Shown: positions 62,571 through 64,000 of the stretch, in pieces
Position numbering within the stretch: the stretch's first letter is position 1
Layout: every line of letters starts with the position of its first letter
NCBI RefSeq assembly: GCF_001194135.2
Contig: NC_068987.1
Coordinates: 51,727,336-51,791,335, forward strand
Direction of reading: 5' to 3'
Origin: Octopus bimaculoides
Lineage: Eukaryota
Length of the DNA stretch: 64,000 bases
The notes under the pieces: model-generated
Told to the model about the DNA's origin: nothing
What the model saw: only the letters and a program-made list of their open reading frames with translations
Databases searched by the model: none
Made by a program: the position numbers and the translations under genes

Positions 62571-64000
62571 AATAGTAAACTTTTACAACTTTAACGATTT
62601 TATCTGATCTGTGATCAAGTTTCAGCTCTTATAACACGTTTATAGTTTCCAGTGCATTATAGTTAATAAAGACTTTTGAAGTAGAAACATGTATTGTTCA
62701 GCGTACTACAACAGTACTTTCGGTCGTTTCGAGAGTTGAATGTTAACAATTGACACTTGGAAAACATAGTGGAATACATGACTGGAATTCAAGATAGCAT
62801 TTTGAGGGAAGATAACGATAATGTTTTCAGATGGAACAAACAGTTAATATTCGATGCTGGCTGATAAGACCTAAAATCTAAGTGGTCTTAATATGTACGA
62901 TTATAGTTCAATTTAAATCCAAACTGATAACTAACATGATAAACGTCTATTGATAAGTCATGTGGCTACAACTTGATGACTGAAGCGTTTGATAGAAATT
63001 CATAGTTCTAATCAATAATCAGAATCATTATGTTCATTGACGGAAGGAAAGAATCAATAAATATATTATTTAGTTACAGAGACATCACAGATGATAGTTA
63101 TTGAAATGTTGAATTATTGTCTGATATAACAGTTTCAATATCAAGCACACTACAGTAACGATGTTACTTCGTTTTTTGCGCTGTTACAAAAGTATATTGT
63201 CTAATGTCCTGCAATTTTAAAATCACATTGTTGGATTGGAAACAATCTGTAAATACATTTAGACAGAGTAAAAGAAAATAAAGAGGGAGAATGTCATGAG
63301 GAGAGAAAGAGAAGGTATAGGTGTGAGAGAAAACTAGAATTTGTTAGGAGAAGAGAGGTATAAAGAAAGAAAAGTGGAAAATAATATCTCTGGTCACTGT
63401 CGGAACATATGTGCGAGTATGTATATATCTTTATCTATAATATAAATTGAATATGGGTGATTGTTGAATTTTTTTTTGTCTTGAGATTCACAGCCAAAAG
63501 ACTGGGTGGATTCGCGTGAAAAATGGCACACACGTGGAGACGGGTGTATAGATTGGAATGCGGTTTGTATTTTTTCCCAGCCCCCATAATTACAGAGAAA
63601 ATAGAATAATACTTTTCTAATGGAATTCCCTTGTTTGTTCCGACATTAAAACAACCAGTTACTCACACAGCCGGCATATACTATTTCGCTAGCAACAAAG
63701 GGAGTACAGGATGACAGTCAACTAAACTTTCGCTATGCTGTCTCTCTTCTTTCACCTCTTTGTGTGGTTAATAATCAGTTTCTCACTCAAACTACATAAT
63801 AAGCCGAATTGCCGGATTAAGACAGTAGAGGGTTTTGAGGGAGATTTGGCTGCTATTTCTACCAGATCTAGCTACAATGTAGGGGTCTGAACTTAATTTT
63901 CATTCACCTATTTGCATTTCAAAAATTAAACAATCTTTTCCATAAATCAATTATCGTAAAAAATTTATACGATGACCTCACATTTTCGATGTATGTGTGT

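Overview
AT-rich, gap-ridden eukaryotic genomic DNA with no confidently supported host gene. The repeat families (tRNA-derived SINEs with internal microsatellites, Dong/R4-clade LINEs, maT elements) and an expanded 18S V7-like fragment point to an octopus/cephalopod genome (inference from recalled repeat sequences, no search run). The window is a transposon graveyard: Tc1/mariner elements of three classes (DD34D mariner, DD37D maT, inferred DD41D rosa), two or three families of restriction-like-endonuclease (R4/Dong) LINEs sitting in microsatellites, L1/Tx1 and RTE LINE remnants, several Penelope-like element (PLE) fragments, three SINE families, a decayed 18S rRNA fragment and many micro/minisatellites. 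Most ORF-track entries are artefacts of microsatellites or N gaps. Most notable: (i) a set of distinct hammerhead-ribozyme-like motifs, including a well-folded minimal type I motif with a non-canonical CUGUUGAA core that links to PLE terminal repeats; (ii) an R4-clade LINE apparently inserted in a (CATA)n tract, beside (TAA)n-associated Dong elements that pile up into arrays; (iii) a roughly 1-kb-arm inverted Dong pair, each arm with a (GAA)n expansion at the same coding position. All translations and alignments were done by eye; boundaries are approximate unless TIRs/TSDs are cited.
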